A stretch of 64,000 nucleotides of DNA from Parasitella parasitica NRRL 2501 (lineage: Eukaryota > Fungi > Mucoromycota). The notes beneath the pieces were generated by a model. That model had not been told where the DNA came from and made no database searches. It worked only from the letters and a program-made list of their open reading frames with translations. The translations under genes were made by a program, and so were the position numbers. The stretch lies in the NCBI GenBank assembly GCA_025201805.1, contig MU619242.1, positions 375,323 through 439,322 of the forward strand, in the 5' to 3' direction. This document shows, piece by piece, positions 1 through 13,275 of this stretch (positions are counted from its first letter, which is position 1; every line of letters starts with the position of its first letter).

Positions 1-169
1 TTAAAAAAATGCTTAGTAAAGATAAGTGGTGTCAGAAATTAAATTCAAATTTTGAAATGTTTTTTGATTGAAAAAACTTATTAGTGAAATATCAATAGAA
101 TCGTATAAGATTTGAAGTATACAAAACTTAATATGTTTATTTTAGTAATATAGCAAAAAAAAATTAAAA

Positions 170-1476
170 TTAATATCTGGTGTTGCCACCATTAGCCTCA
201 ATAACAGCCTTGCATCGAGAGCTCATACTGCCGACTAAAGCCTCTAAAAATGATTGAGGTATTGCATACCATTCGTTGCGAATACAAGTCTCCAACTGAT
301 CCACATTCTTCAATTGGTATCTACGACTCTCCATCCGCTTTTCAAGGTAAGCCCAGACATGTTTAATGGGGTTTAGGTCTGGACTTTGAGGTGGCCAGAA
401 GTTGAACCCTTGGATCTGATGTCTCTGCTTATACCAGGTTGCATACTTTCCAGTATGGCAAGAGGCACCGTTTTCTTGGAATATAAATTCCTTGGAATGT
501 TCAACACTCAAGTCCTGCAACCATGGGAGGAAGTGGTTGGACAAACAGTTGACATAAGCGTCTTGATTGATACTCCCTTTCATGATTACAATGGGACCTA
601 AACCCCCAGCCCAGAAACAACCCCAAATCATCACTGAACCATTCCCAAACTTCACAGTCTTTCGAACATGGTTTGGAGAGAACCTTTCGCCTTCTTTTCG
701 AATCACTCGGACCCTTCCATCACTGCCATTAACGTTGAATTTAGATTCATCGGACCAAATGGCATTCTGCCATTGTTCCTACACACTTGGTATACTCGAG
801 CTGATCAAATCGTGTCTTGATCACTTTAATTGGGCCAAATTCCCCCTCCTAAAAAACATCCCCAAACCATCACTGAACCACTTCCAAACTTTGTGAACTT
901 CATAACATGGTCTTCATGAAACCTTTCATTGATTCGGCGGATAACTCTAGTACCAAAATCATTGCCTACAATGTTGAATTTTGATTCATCCGACTAAATC
1001 ACATGTTTCCATTGATCCATAGTGAAATCTACTTTATCTTTTGCCCATTGTAGTCTTCTTTCCTTGTGAGTTGTTCTTAACCGTGGTCTGTGAGCAGCTT
1101 TATAAGATTTTAAACCTAAATCTACGAGACACTTTCTGTAAGTGTTCAAATGGATGCCGTATCCGCAATGTCATGTAAATCAGCCAAATGGTGTCTCATT
1201 GGCTTCAACGGTTGCTTTCTTATCTCGTGCTTGATAACTCTTTTGTCCCTCACGACAAAATTTGGAGGTCTACCAGGTCTTTGTGCTAGAAGTGCCGAGC
1301 CTTTGTGCTTGTATCTGTATATCAGACCCTTCACGGCACCTTCCTTGATGCCCGTCGACTTGGCGATAGCGGAACTTGGAACACCGTACTCATGCAACCC
1401 AATTACTCGTCCGATATCGTAGTCAGCGTTCTTGTAAAGCCATAATAAAAGTTTTAGCAGATAATTTTTAGCACTG
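170..1476 (-). mobile_element. Degenerate, chimeric Tc1/mariner (DD34E) DNA transposon
   Basis: HTH region with RPGRP (1146-1397). The W-SDESKFN...FG-GSVM-WGCF segment occurs twice. C-terminal FQENGASCH and SPDLNPIKHVW show the catalytic D and E changed to N and K. Stops and frameshifts are present. TA-CAGTG end at 1478-1472 on the minus strand. Confidence 0.9.
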
Positions 1477-1634
1477 TATAAAGGTACGTGGATTTGAAAG
1501 TGGATAGGACATGTTCATTTTCCTTAAATTTACTACAAATAGTGACCGTGGTTGTTGATTCATTGCCGGTTTGATTGCTGAGGAGAAGGGGGCTTTATTT
1601 CTCGTTTTCTTTTTCTTTCGCTTACAGTAACAAA

Positions 1635-3303
1635 ATGTCTGCAAAGCAGCTTGACTACAGCCGGGATCCAAATCATGACGGTTACAAACTCATCGTTCGC
1701 AAGGATGCTCCGTTTAATGCGGAGCCTTGCCCAGTTGACTTGATCAAGAATTATATAACACCTGAAAAGTACTTTTTTTGCCGGAACCATGGTCCATTGC
1801 CTGATATTCAAGAAGCAGAACACACAATTCTTGTTCAGGGCTTGGGCTGTGACAAGCCTACGGTTTTTACCATGAAGCAGATCAAGGAGGATTATGAAAA
1901 GACCTCGGTGATGATGGTGATGCAGGCAGGTATTATATAGTAGTCGCTGTGTGTATGCATACTAATCTGTTGTGTCATGTATGTATGTAGTGTGCTGTAA
2001 GGCTCTCTATCCGCATGCTATTTGATTGTATTAACACGCTGCATATGTAGGGAAACAGAAGAGACGGTCTTCACAAAGTCAAGCACACAAAAGGTGTAAG
2101 TTTTTTTTTTCAAGCATTGCACACCACACAGACTCACCAACATATCCTGGAATAGGTCATTTGGGGACCTGGTGCCTTGGGAAATGCAGTTTATAGTGGC
2201 TGTAGGCTACGTGACATCCTTGCTGCCGTTGGAGTGACCACAAAAATCCAAAATTTGCAACGACTTCATGTTGCCTTCGAGTCTGTGGAACAGGTTAGTG
2301 TAAACAAATAACGTTATTGAATGATGCAATAATACTCAATGACCAAAATCATATGACTCCAATGTAGTGCGAGGAAGATAAATGCTACGGATCTTCAATT
2401 CCATTGTCCAAGGCACTGTAAGTTTGCCGCCTATTTCATCAACCCCGATTAACACTCGAGTAATACATAGAGATGAATTCGGAGATGTGTTGTTGGCTTA
2501 TGAGGTACATAATATACGCATCGTCATTTTAAATTTTTGACCATAACAAATGTAACATGTCATGCACATTTCGCAGATGAATCACGACACATTAACCCGC
2601 GACCATGGATATCCCATCAGAGTTGTGGTACCAGGCTACATTGGCGGGAGATCAGTAAAGTATCTAAAATCAATCACGGTTCAAGATTACGAATCAATGT
2701 CCTATTACCAACGTAGGGATTACAAGATTTTACCCGAGAGTGTATAGTATATAACTTTGATGAATAACAGGAATCATGCTTGTATTTAACATATGTATGT
2801 GTGAATTTAGGTTTGTGAGGAGAAACAAGCAGACGCTTACTGGTGCAAAGTACCCTCGATTGGCGAATACAATGTTCAATCGTATGTGTGTAGTCCTTCC
2901 GACGGTATTCATGATGGAGCAAGCCCGAACCAAACAGTACAAGGGTATGCTCTTTCAGGCGGGGGACGATGTATACAACGAGTAGATGTATCTGGAGACG
3001 ATGGAAAAACCTGGACCACAGCCCAATTGCATCAACCAGCTGCAGAGGGCAATAATTGCAGAGTATGGGGCTGGTGTCTGTGGTCTGTCACGATAGCTAC
3101 AAAGCGAAACATTAGAATTGTTAGTAGAGCAGGTATGTGTACAAGCAGTTTGTCAGTTATGTCTATTATCTCATAAAATGCATGCACCAGTGGATTCTTC
3201 TGGAAATGTTCAACAAGAGTATCCGGTTTGGAACTATCGTGGTGTCATGAATAATTCCTGGAGAACTGTAGATTCGAATACAATGGAGATGTCAAATATT
3301 TAG
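1635..3303 (+). CDS. Sulfite oxidase, Moco-binding, no cytochrome b5 domain (multi-exon)
   Basis: Spliced product contains PFNAEP, FFCRNHGP, QCAGNRR, WGPGALGNA, LLAYEMN, RDHGYPIRVVVPGYIGGRSVK, GYALSGGGR, RVDVSGDDGKTW and WNYRGVMNNSW. Ends SNI*. Confidence 0.93.
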
Positions 3304-3419
3304 TTGATTATATACACAATAAAGCCAATGTCTTGCTGTTACCCCTGGACACATTATGTCTGCCAAAATAATGCGAATGATGATATGCATGCAGCAACAT
3401 CTTTGAAACTATGCTAGCA

Positions 3420-3420
<1 letters not shown>

Positions 3421-3510
<90 letters not shown>
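3421..3510. repeat. 90-nt poly(A) homopolymer
   Basis: Uninterrupted A run between the convergent sulfite oxidase and ABC transporter 3' ends. Confidence 0.9.
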
Positions 3511-3513
<3 letters not shown>

Positions 3514-3716
3514 GAACAAGCTGGTAATGCTTTATTTATTACGGATTGATAAAAGGTATAGCAAATATATACGTAAGAGGTAAAGAGAGAGAAAAGAAAA
3601 AGAAAGAAAAAGGTGTACATTGTTTAAAATTGAAGCTACCTGAGAAAGGGAAAGAGTCTAATAGTTATTACAAGGTAGCTAGCGTAGAAATACAAATAAT
3701 GATAAGCAAAGTAGCT

Positions 3717-6700
3717 TTAGCGTCTAGGCTTTCTGAAAAGATAAACAAGGCCGATAAAAGCAAAGATATTAAAGACAAAGTAGGCAACGAGGATGCCAAA
3801 ATTACGCCACTTATGACTAGCACTCCAATCGAATCTAGATTCGTAGAATTCAGGGCCAGAGTTATAGGTACAGTAACCACACATTTCAGGTGCAGTGGCG
3901 TTGGGGTTAGCTATGTAGCCTGGTGCGCCGTATGAGAAAAAGTTGGCAGTGTATTCGCCACAGGTTTGATTGGGAGGTGGTGAAAATGAAAGGAGATCGC
4001 CTTGGTCACACACAATCTTGAGGTCGGCCAACTCATTGACAGCGAGACCCTCAATGTAGTAGTGGAAAGGATCCAGCCAGTACATCCAAGAACTCCAGAA
4101 TTTAGGCATTTGAGAGGGTGATTGCATCAAACCGCAGAAGAGAATAAGAAGAGATATGACCAATGGGTTGATAACAGCAGCCATCAATGGAGACTCTGAT
4201 ACAGCGGCAATAACGAAACCGAGAGTGACAGCCCAACAAACGAGCATAGTGAACATGATGTAGAAATAACCACCTGATTCAGCAGAAGGGTTCATTCCAG
4301 CGGTCCAGTAGAAGCCTGCTCAAAAGACAATTAGTATTGGTTCACTGATATTTCATCCTCGTTTTTCCTTACCAAACATGAAACAAGCAGAGTAGAAAAA
4401 GATGTAGGGAAGTTCAACAAGCACAGCAGAGACTGCCCATGGTAACCAACTGTAGTAACGAGAAGCATATTCACGTCTAAAGTATTGGCGTTCGGTGATG
4501 AACTTGGGTTGCGCAAGAATAATAAGAGTCATTGCCATGATGAAGGTACCGAACAGAGCAAAGACCTTGTTCAGCATATCAGACGAAGAAGATCCCAACT
4601 TCCAGTATGTGAAGCCGGTGACCAAGGAAGTAAACATGACGTTGAGGAAACGACCAATATTGTAGTCAGGAGAGCGCCAGTAAGCGAGAGCCATGCGACT
4701 GTACACCAATTTGAACTGATTAGCCAGACTAGTGGCATATGTATGGGCGTCACGAGTAGGGTTAGCATCAGAGGCACTATGAATTTCCTCGAGTTCTGCA
4801 GTTAGGGCCTTGGCCTCGAGTGAGTTTTCCCAGATGGTAGCCCAATCAGCCTTGGCTTTACCGGCAGTACCTGCGCCGACACACTCCAAGATGTATTCAG
4901 CGGGATTGGCTTCAGGAGAACACTTGGGTCCGCCGTTTGACTCAAAGTAGTTGATCATAGTCTGAGAGTCGGGGCCAATTTCACCATGATAAGCAGTACG
5001 ACCACCACGAACCAAAAGCAGCAAGTGGTCAAAATGTTCGAAAAGGATAGCAGAAGGCTGATGGATAGTACAGAGAACAGGCCATCCAGAATCAGCGAGC
5101 TTACGAATGAAACGAATAATGTTATAGGAAGACTGGGCATCCAAGCCAGAGGTAGGCTCATCGAGGAAGAGAAGCTTGGGTTTACCGACCAGCTCCATAC
5201 CGATAGTAAGACGTTTGCGCTCTTCAACAGAGATACCGAAGCCGAATTCAACCACACCAATCTGGGCATCGCCAATATCCTCCATTTCCAAAAGCTCAAG
5301 GATGGTCTCGACATACTTGTCCTTTTCTTCTTTGGGAACACTGGCAGGCTGGCGAAGATAAGCAGAGAAACGAAGGGCTTCGCGGACAGTAACAGCAGGC
5401 TGGTGCACGTCCATTTGTTCACAGTAGCCAGTAATGCGTTCAAAGTCAGTCATCAACGCCTCATTGTTGAGGTAGACACGACCTTCGACCTTACCAATGG
5501 TCTTGCGACGAGCCAAGACATCCAACAGAGTAGTCTTACCAGCACCAGACGAGCCCATCAACGCAGTTAGATGACCAGGGCGGACAACGCCAGAAACATG
5601 GTTCAACAGTTGCAGTTCGCCACCCTTGACAGGAACAGTGTAGTCGATGTTTTGCCAGGAAAAAGTAGTGCCGGCAGAGACACTCTCCATGTTTTCGCTG
5701 AAATTGGCTTGTTTTCTGCGACGGGCATCTTCTTCTTCAGGAGTACGAGGCTTGGGAGCCTTGCCAGGCAGATAAAGCTTTGTAAGGGTACCGTTTTTGC
5801 TGAGACCCACCAATTCCATCGCACCAGCTGTCAGAACAGTAAACAGCAAAAAGAAGGCAACAACGACAATGAAATCAGGAGCCCACATTTGGCTGGGGTT
5901 GTAGCTAAGATAGTCGTTCAAGTAGTCATCTCCAAGCACATAATTAGCGCCAGGCTTGCCACCAGCCATAGTGCAGACCTTGTAGTTCCAATCATCATAG
6001 CCAGGGCCGAACGGGACAGCATTACCAGCGCCTTCACAGCTATATTCAACGCCCTTCAATTCGTTGATCAACAAGGCCTTGTAAGAATAAGTCAAAGGAT
6101 TGATCCAGTAGATCCAGGAGAGCCAGGGATGCATCTTGCTGTAGGGGATAGTATAACCCGTGTATGTAGTTACAGCAATGAGAATGACACCAGACACCTG
6201 AGTAGCAAGGAAGAAACTGGATGTGGAGGCACCAAAGAACCTAAAGAAGCCGTTCATGCACAGATTCATAAAGAACAGAATAACAAAGAAGGTAAAGAAG
6301 GCACCGGCCGTTAGTTTGAGGCCCATCATAAAGTAAGCACAGATTTCGAAAAGCAACACTTGCACAATTGCATATGGGATGTCCATCACAACCTGGGCAA
6401 TATAAAAGGCAGAAGGGCGATACAGGGCATATTGCTTGTGCTTTTCAAGAATAGGACGGCCCATCAAAAAGTTAACAAGCTCGGCTTGAGAGATAAAAGA
6501 GTTGAACAGCAGGGCAAAGAACAGAGCACCGCCACGAGAGAAAGCGCCAGCACCATCTTCACTCATTTTGAAGAAACAGGAAGCAGTAATCAGAGACTGA
6601 ATAAGGATTGTACCGTAGCGAGAGATCAAAGCACCCAAATCGGTGATGTTAAGGTAGTATTGGCGGATAGTAAGCGCCTTGACCTGTTGGTAAAAGGAAG

Positions 6701-8245
6701 CAGTGAACGGGGCCTTCTTGGGGGCGCGTTTTTGATGCTCCTCGTCAACAGCTTTCTTAAAGACATCGCCAGGTTTTTGGTTTTGAACAAGAGCTTCGTA
6801 GTCGGCAAACTCAGCCATCACCTGTTTGTAGATTTGCGATTCAAGGTACCTCTTTTCGAATTCAATAGCGTATTTGGGAGCAGCATCTTCGAAGCCAGGT
6901 CTCACCTCACGTTCGTTTGGATTACACAAGCCAGTCAAGAAATCAGGAATAGACTTTCTCTTGGGGCAGTGGAAACCAAGCGATTCAAAGTATTCTTTAG
7001 CGTCAGCAGTGGGGCCAAAGTAAAGACAGCGGCCTTCATCCAGCAGCAGCACCTTGTCAAAAAGAGCGAAAATATTGTTAGAGGCTTGATACAAGGTGGC
7101 AATAGTAGTCTTTTTAAAGACGTCTGTCATGATGCGAAGAGAACGGACGTAATCCAGAGCAGAAGCAGCGTCAAGACCACGGGTAGAGCAATCCCAGCAG
7201 TTGATAGAGCTGGAAGTTGTCATTTGTTCAGCAATTGACATACGCTTACGCTCACCACCAGACAAACCACGCACCCAAGCATTGCCAACCATGGTGTTCA
7301 TTTGCTTGGTAAGACCAAGCATATTGCCAAGCATGTAAAGCACCTTGTTTACAAAATCGGTTTTGGATTCATCAGGGAGACGTTTACCGGGTGTCTTCAT
7401 GCGCAAAGCGAATTCTAGGGTCTGCTTGGCTGTCAAGGTAGGGTAATGCTGGTCCTCTTCTTCATTGTAGCAAACTTGGCCTCTGTATCTTTTCGCAAAT
7501 GTCTCGGCATCAATACCACCGTAAGAGACGGTGCCATCGATGTCGGTATACGCACCACGCATGTTGGCCATGACCTTTAAAAAGGTGGTGCAGCCAGCAC
7601 CAGGGCGACCCAGTACCAAAAGCATCTCTCCTTCCTTGCAATGGCCTGTCAGATCGTTCAAGATGACCCTTTTGTTCTTGCTTACACCAACGCCCAAGAA
7701 TTTCCAGAATTGAAGAAACGTAAATACTGTAGGGATTGTGTGAGCATCAGCAGCTTGACCCTATTCACCAGATGTGAGTTTTATAAGTCGGCAGAAGAAA
7801 TTAAAAAGTATGTGTACCTGAACAGTCAAATTTTTCCAAATCAAACCCAAATTTTTGAGTTCTTGGCCATTGTCATTTTGATCCTTGCGAAGGCCATGGA
7901 GATACTCATCGAGGTTGAAATCATCGGCTTCAGCAGCACCCTCTTCCAATTTACTGGCATGGGTAGACAAGCGACTGATGCGGGATAGCTCTTTTTTCAA
8001 ATCAATATATTCGTCCTTTGCGGCTATATTTTAGTGACATTAGTATACTTGCGTGCATGCTTCGATCTCAATAACATACCATCAATATTAACAGCATTGG
8101 CATTGGGTTCACCAAATGCATCTCCGTTGGATTCATAACGGAGGCCGTTTTGGTATATAGTTTGTGTGGATCCATCACTAGAGTGTTGATCGAATTCTCG
8201 ACCCTTTTCTCCACTGGGTTTTTGGAGATGATTGGTTAAAGTCAT
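3717..8245 (-). CDS. Full-size PDR-type (ABCG) multidrug ABC transporter
   Basis: NBD1 has GRPGAGCTT, LSGGERKR and CWDCSTRGLD. NBD2 has GSSGAGKTT, SVEERKRLTIG and FLDEPTSGLD. Two TM domains. Introns near 8080-8027, 7817-7761 and 4371-4317. Confidence 0.95.
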
Positions 8246-10834
8246 GGTAAGATGACAAGGAGCAGTGAATGTTTATATAGTGTAAAAAAAAATTATAAAA
8301 AACCTATACAAAACAACAAGGAAGAGAGAAAAAAAACTGTAAATCTTATCTACCATGTCGTTTCTTTTATACAAAACGTGTGCTGTCGAAGGATTAGGCG
8401 GAGTGCCGTAATTTTTCCGTTTGTCGACAGCTATCGCTGAAGTTGAAAGTCTTATTCGCCTGTGCACTGATGGAATTATATTATAGCATTTGATTTGAGA
8501 AACGGCACAATGTTGGCCGACCCTATGAAATACAGAAATTTAAAAATATAGAGTGTGATGAGGCGGAGCTCTGTATCTTGAAAAAGATCAACAATACGAT
8601 ACATCCCATCCACGCACTTGCTAGCGTAGATGGGCCATGTCAATCATTTTGATGGTATCACAATAATTTAGAAGAAGGATTATCTGTAACATGTGCTATT
8701 CAAATGTGTCAATTACAACAGTTTGCTTGAAATTTAAACCAAACGACTGACTGACAAGTTTTCGCAATATCTTGATCTATGGTAGACCTGAATTCGTGGA
8801 TCAGCCGAATGAACCGATTCTTGTTTTTTTTTTGGATCTGTGAATAAACGCCGGCAAATAAAGTTGGACCTACTCCGTAAATTTTTACGTGGTTCTCGGC
8901 AATGCATTTTCCACAACCATCTATTGGCTGGATCGCTTGTATAGTAGTGATTACAACGGAGACCTAATGCGGACATTAATACTCTCGATGTTTAAACATT
9001 TACCGGCCCGTATTTTTACAAAGGTATGGCATGGCTTATTGAAATGGTATCATTAAATCCAGCAAACCGTAACAGAAGTTAAGCAAGTAGTTTATTTTCC
9101 ACAAAAGGCTTCCATTCAAAGAAATTTTGCACTTTGTCAGTGGAAAGAAAGCCCCCCCCTTCATCTGTATATTAGTTCAGTATCCAAGAACCTTCAACGC
9201 TAGATCTCACTATTGATTTCTCCTGTCTATTGCCTTGATTAAAGGATCCTAAATTGGATAAGTACGATTGTGTCATGGTGCTTCATACACAAGGATTTTC
9301 TGTGGTATATATCCCATATAATCTTTTGAAATGTGCTGTGTATTTTTAGATTTGTATGACATGCACCTCATATTAATACAATACGGCTGGTAAATTTCCT
9401 AATTGATAAGCATGTTTCAAGCATATATTTTATTCATAAATACGTGTACATTTATGATAACTAATATTGTCGTATGCATAGCAAAATCAAATAGAGTACT
9501 ACGATGAAAAATAGCTTTACTGATTAATGATTAATGATTAATTTGTGTAATTTTATGTCATCGTCATTGGTATTATCATTGTCTTTGTCAATATTGCTAT
9601 CGCTGTCTTCTTTGCTAGTATCGTTTTTTGTCTTGGTCATCGGTATCGATTGCTATCTTCATCACCAGTATGATAATTGGTATCATCATTATCTTCGTTA
9701 TCTTCGTCATCCTGAATTACTGGACTTGGCCATTGGTTAGATCGTAAGGCGAATTTCTGCATGATGTACCTCGCGTTGATATTTGAAAAAAAAAAAAAAA
9801 AAAAAAAGAATCCGAGAGATTCGATCGAATGCATAATTTTCGGTATATTATAAAACAGATTTTTACATGCAAGAGTCGATGCAGTAGATTTTTGATTACG
9901 TTTGAGACGAATTTGACGTGTCGAGACCAATCGTTTTATTTTGTAGACATATCACAATATTAACTTGATATCTTTTTTATACATCATAATGGATTACGTC
10001 AAATATAGTTATCGAAGCGGGATCATCTCAGACCAAGATGCTGAAATGAAAGTCGGTGAGATCGGATTTGACTAAGGAGGCCTTGCTGATTGATACAGAA
10101 GCAGTATATCAGGTAGATCATTGTTGAAGGTTTTCGCTGTAGTAAGACAGCAAATCCAGGTTCAATTTCATTTAAACTAACATCCGAATGAAATTAAGCT
10201 ATAAACAAAAATAAAACCAAAGACCTGAGAGCTCTTGGCTTCCTTTTCACTGAATAATAAGGGCCCTGCGTTCTCTGTAAACCAATTCATCGTAGTCTCT
10301 TTATTTAATGATCGATTAGGAAATGATACTGTTTTTACAAATAACTCTCGACTGCCAATCAATGGAAATTTGGCTGAAAACGATGTTCATGCAGATGTAT
10401 AACAAAACATTCACCAAACAAAGCGCAACATACATTATTATCAACTTTTTACTAGAATGACCATGGACAATGTTTTGGACTCGTGCTACTGATAATAACC
10501 AACTTGCTAATTTAACAAAATGATCAAATTGATGAACTGAAGTCCACGTTCAAGTCAAAATAATCACCTCGCAGCTCACTATATGTCGGACCCCCTTGAA
10601 GTATGTACCATCTTCTAATGTGATCCCAGAATCGATAAGCGTCTGACGTCCAGAAGCCGTAGGAAGCTACAAAATTTCCGGAAAATCATGTCTAATTTGT
10701 TTTCTGTATCCTAGAAATTTCTATCTTTAATAAACGCCAAATTGGTAAAGACAGAGTTCTCTTTGACACTTTTGAAGGACGGACGAACCACTGCAATAAG
10801 TGCTAGAGCTGATGATCCAATGATGGCGTTTTGA

Positions 10835-13275
10835 CTAGAATCTGAAGTCGTAATCGGTCAGATCGGTGTCACCAGTGATCATCACAGGCCTCACACCACC
10901 TCGCTTGAGTTGGCCTATGGCGTCTGTGGTATCATCTTTTATCATATTTCTAAACAGCACAAACCCAATGAAATGGCAACCGGCTTCCAAATCGTCACGA
11001 CTCATTGTTTTGATGTCGCGATGGGCTAGTGCTAAAACATAGCAGCCCTCTTGCGCGTATTTTGCCGAGACTGCATCATAGTCGGTTGGAATAGAAGCGC
11101 TAGTTGACAATTCTTTCATGCATTCAGACGAGCCCTTGAAATAAAACGTGCACATGATCGTTGGATGGATCTAGAATGGCAACTGACTGTGAGGCACGGA
11201 CATGGACAAATTCACAATGGCGAATAAGATGCACAGGAATATCGGTATTCTTGGAACCTTTGGGTGGCATAAGCGAATTGAGGTGGTTAAGAGTCACTCG
11301 TAGACACAAGTCTTGTACTGCATTGTTTGGTAGGAACCAATGTCGACTGGATCCTCCATAAACTGATCGCCAACTCGAGTCACTATATGACACACATTGC
11401 AATGCCCATAGCCAGTGTGGGAACCATGCCTAGCGAATTCGCAATACGCTGGTTTGAGTTCACGAGAAATAGCAGGCCCTCTCGAGTCAGTGCACCGGTC
11501 TTGTCAAACCAAAATACACGCACCTTGACAGACAGACAGATGCGAGGGAGGTCAATGCACAGAATACGTTTTTTTTTTTTTTTTGCGCAATCTAGCGGCG
11601 CATACGGATTGTTTGATGGTGAATGCAGTTGGCAGTAGAGGGGAGGGGAGGGGAGAATATTCAAGACACAATGAGTGTCAAACAGGACGCCACCTTGATG
11701 TGCTCATCAAGCATAAAGCTGATAAGAGAAGGAAGCAAAATATTGTGGATGAACATGCTCTTTTCGCTTGAAATTTTTGTGCAAAGTGCAAGGGCGCATA
11801 CATTTTCCTGCAAGCCGCTATGCAACTCATCCAGAGAGGGCATGACTTGGGACACCAAGGTGCCAGCATACAACGTACTAGCTTTACCAGCACCGTCGAT
11901 TTCGTACACATAGTTGTCGTCAGGCAGAGCAACTTTACGAATCGACATTGCTTCCCCTGTCAAAGGCATCACCAGGGACTAATTGTGCGCTCAATACAGC
12001 GGCTCTCCATTGACCGCCGCGACAGAAGCAATATCGTTTACCTACTCTGCCATTGCCTTGATTTTGTGCTCGGCTCTCTATCTTGAAAATATACGAATTA
12101 AGGCTAAGATCGGAATAATGCCGCCTGTTTGAACTAGGCCCATCGGATGATATTGAAAGCAACTTGTACCGGTAGTAGAGACCATGAGTCAAGTCATTTG
12201 GTAAAGATATAAGAATGAGCTGAACCGCAAAATACAAATAGCTGGATCTTACTCGTGTACAATTGCCCATGGGATAAACGGCGCATAAACTGAAAAGACA
12301 TTGAAAAACCACCAACTTTTGTCTGCAGCTTCGTAGTTTTTGATTAATAGAGCCAAGCTCAAATCACACAACTTAAAAATCCCTTTTTTGCCGGTAATAC
12401 ACGTACCTCATACGTAGGTATTCAAAATAGCGTAATCCATTTGAAGTCAAATGCACAAGACAAGCCTTTACGATAATGTTCATTTTGTCGTAATGCAGTT
12501 AGTCGTCGGCAAATATCAAATAGCAACAAGTGAGCTGCCCAGATAGCTTGATAATGTACCCTGATTTTTGATACCCATTTAATATCATTCTTTAGAAACA
12601 CAATCTCATCCTGCTGTCTTTCCACTTGGAGGAATGGGACATTTATGCGGGAACATTTAATTCAAAAAAAGTCTGAAATTAGGTTTCTAAGCAACGTGAT
12701 GGTAGCAAACCAGGCTGCAAGTTAGAAACACATGCAAAACGCCACCGTGTAATTTTACGTCAATTAAAACTTGTTTTTGAAGCGCTCCAAAAGAAACATT
12801 TACAGTAATCATCACGAATAATAATGTGGTAATGAAAATTAATGAAAGCAACACTAAGCACAAGCAATCTCGCTTGAACCCTCTAAATGTCAAATGCTCC
12901 GATGCTTTTTTCTTTACTTTGTAATTCTTTCTGACGTGGATTATAATGGATAATATTGATAATTTGCGTTGTGGCACAAGGTATGAATTGTTGCACAACC
13001 ACAAATTGATGGATTGTAGATGAATAGATGCTATTTGACAGGTGCCATCATGGCAACATTCTTGTCCGCTTGGACAAAGATCATGGCTAGTGACACATAA
13101 AACTGGACAAACGACACCATATTGAGGAAGCAATGGACATTGAGTATGATCATTAAAATGACTGTTTGATAGTTTTTAACGCCTACCTACTTTAAAAATG
13201 GGTAATGTTTCTGTTGTCAATATAAATAGTGTTGCCATGAGAACAAGAAAAGCGCTTCTGTTTCTTGGTAGACAT
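10835..13275 (-). pseudogene. P5-type (ATP13A-like) P-type ATPase pseudogene; ends approximate
   Basis: Fragments in shifting frames: Cys-rich N-terminus (CPVLCV...CCHDGTC), LTGEAMSIRK, LYAGTLV, CIDLPRI, FDKTGALTREGL, GCYVLALAHR, FRNMIKDDT and VMITGD. Many frameshifts and deletions; no recognisable C-terminal TM domain. Confidence 0.85.

Noticed and set aside
360-1000. RIP-like CpA-to-TpA changes in the Tc1 relic (two Trp-to-TAG, one Glu-to-Lys)
   Set aside because: Ascertainment bias: Trp-to-stop changes can only arise by G-to-A. There are too few sites and no consensus to count against, and changes in the Fanzor relic fall in other contexts.
3414-3620. Poly-Phe ORF, or a retroposed poly(A) tail
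   Set aside because: The ORF is just the antisense reading of a homopolymer. The upstream gene retains its introns, no target-site duplication is visible, and homopolymer length may be an assembly artefact.
4485-7238. Long antisense ORFs opposite the ABC transporter (similar ones lie opposite CFT1, the permeases and CDA)
   Set aside because: Shadow ORFs caused by codon bias; no recognisable motifs.
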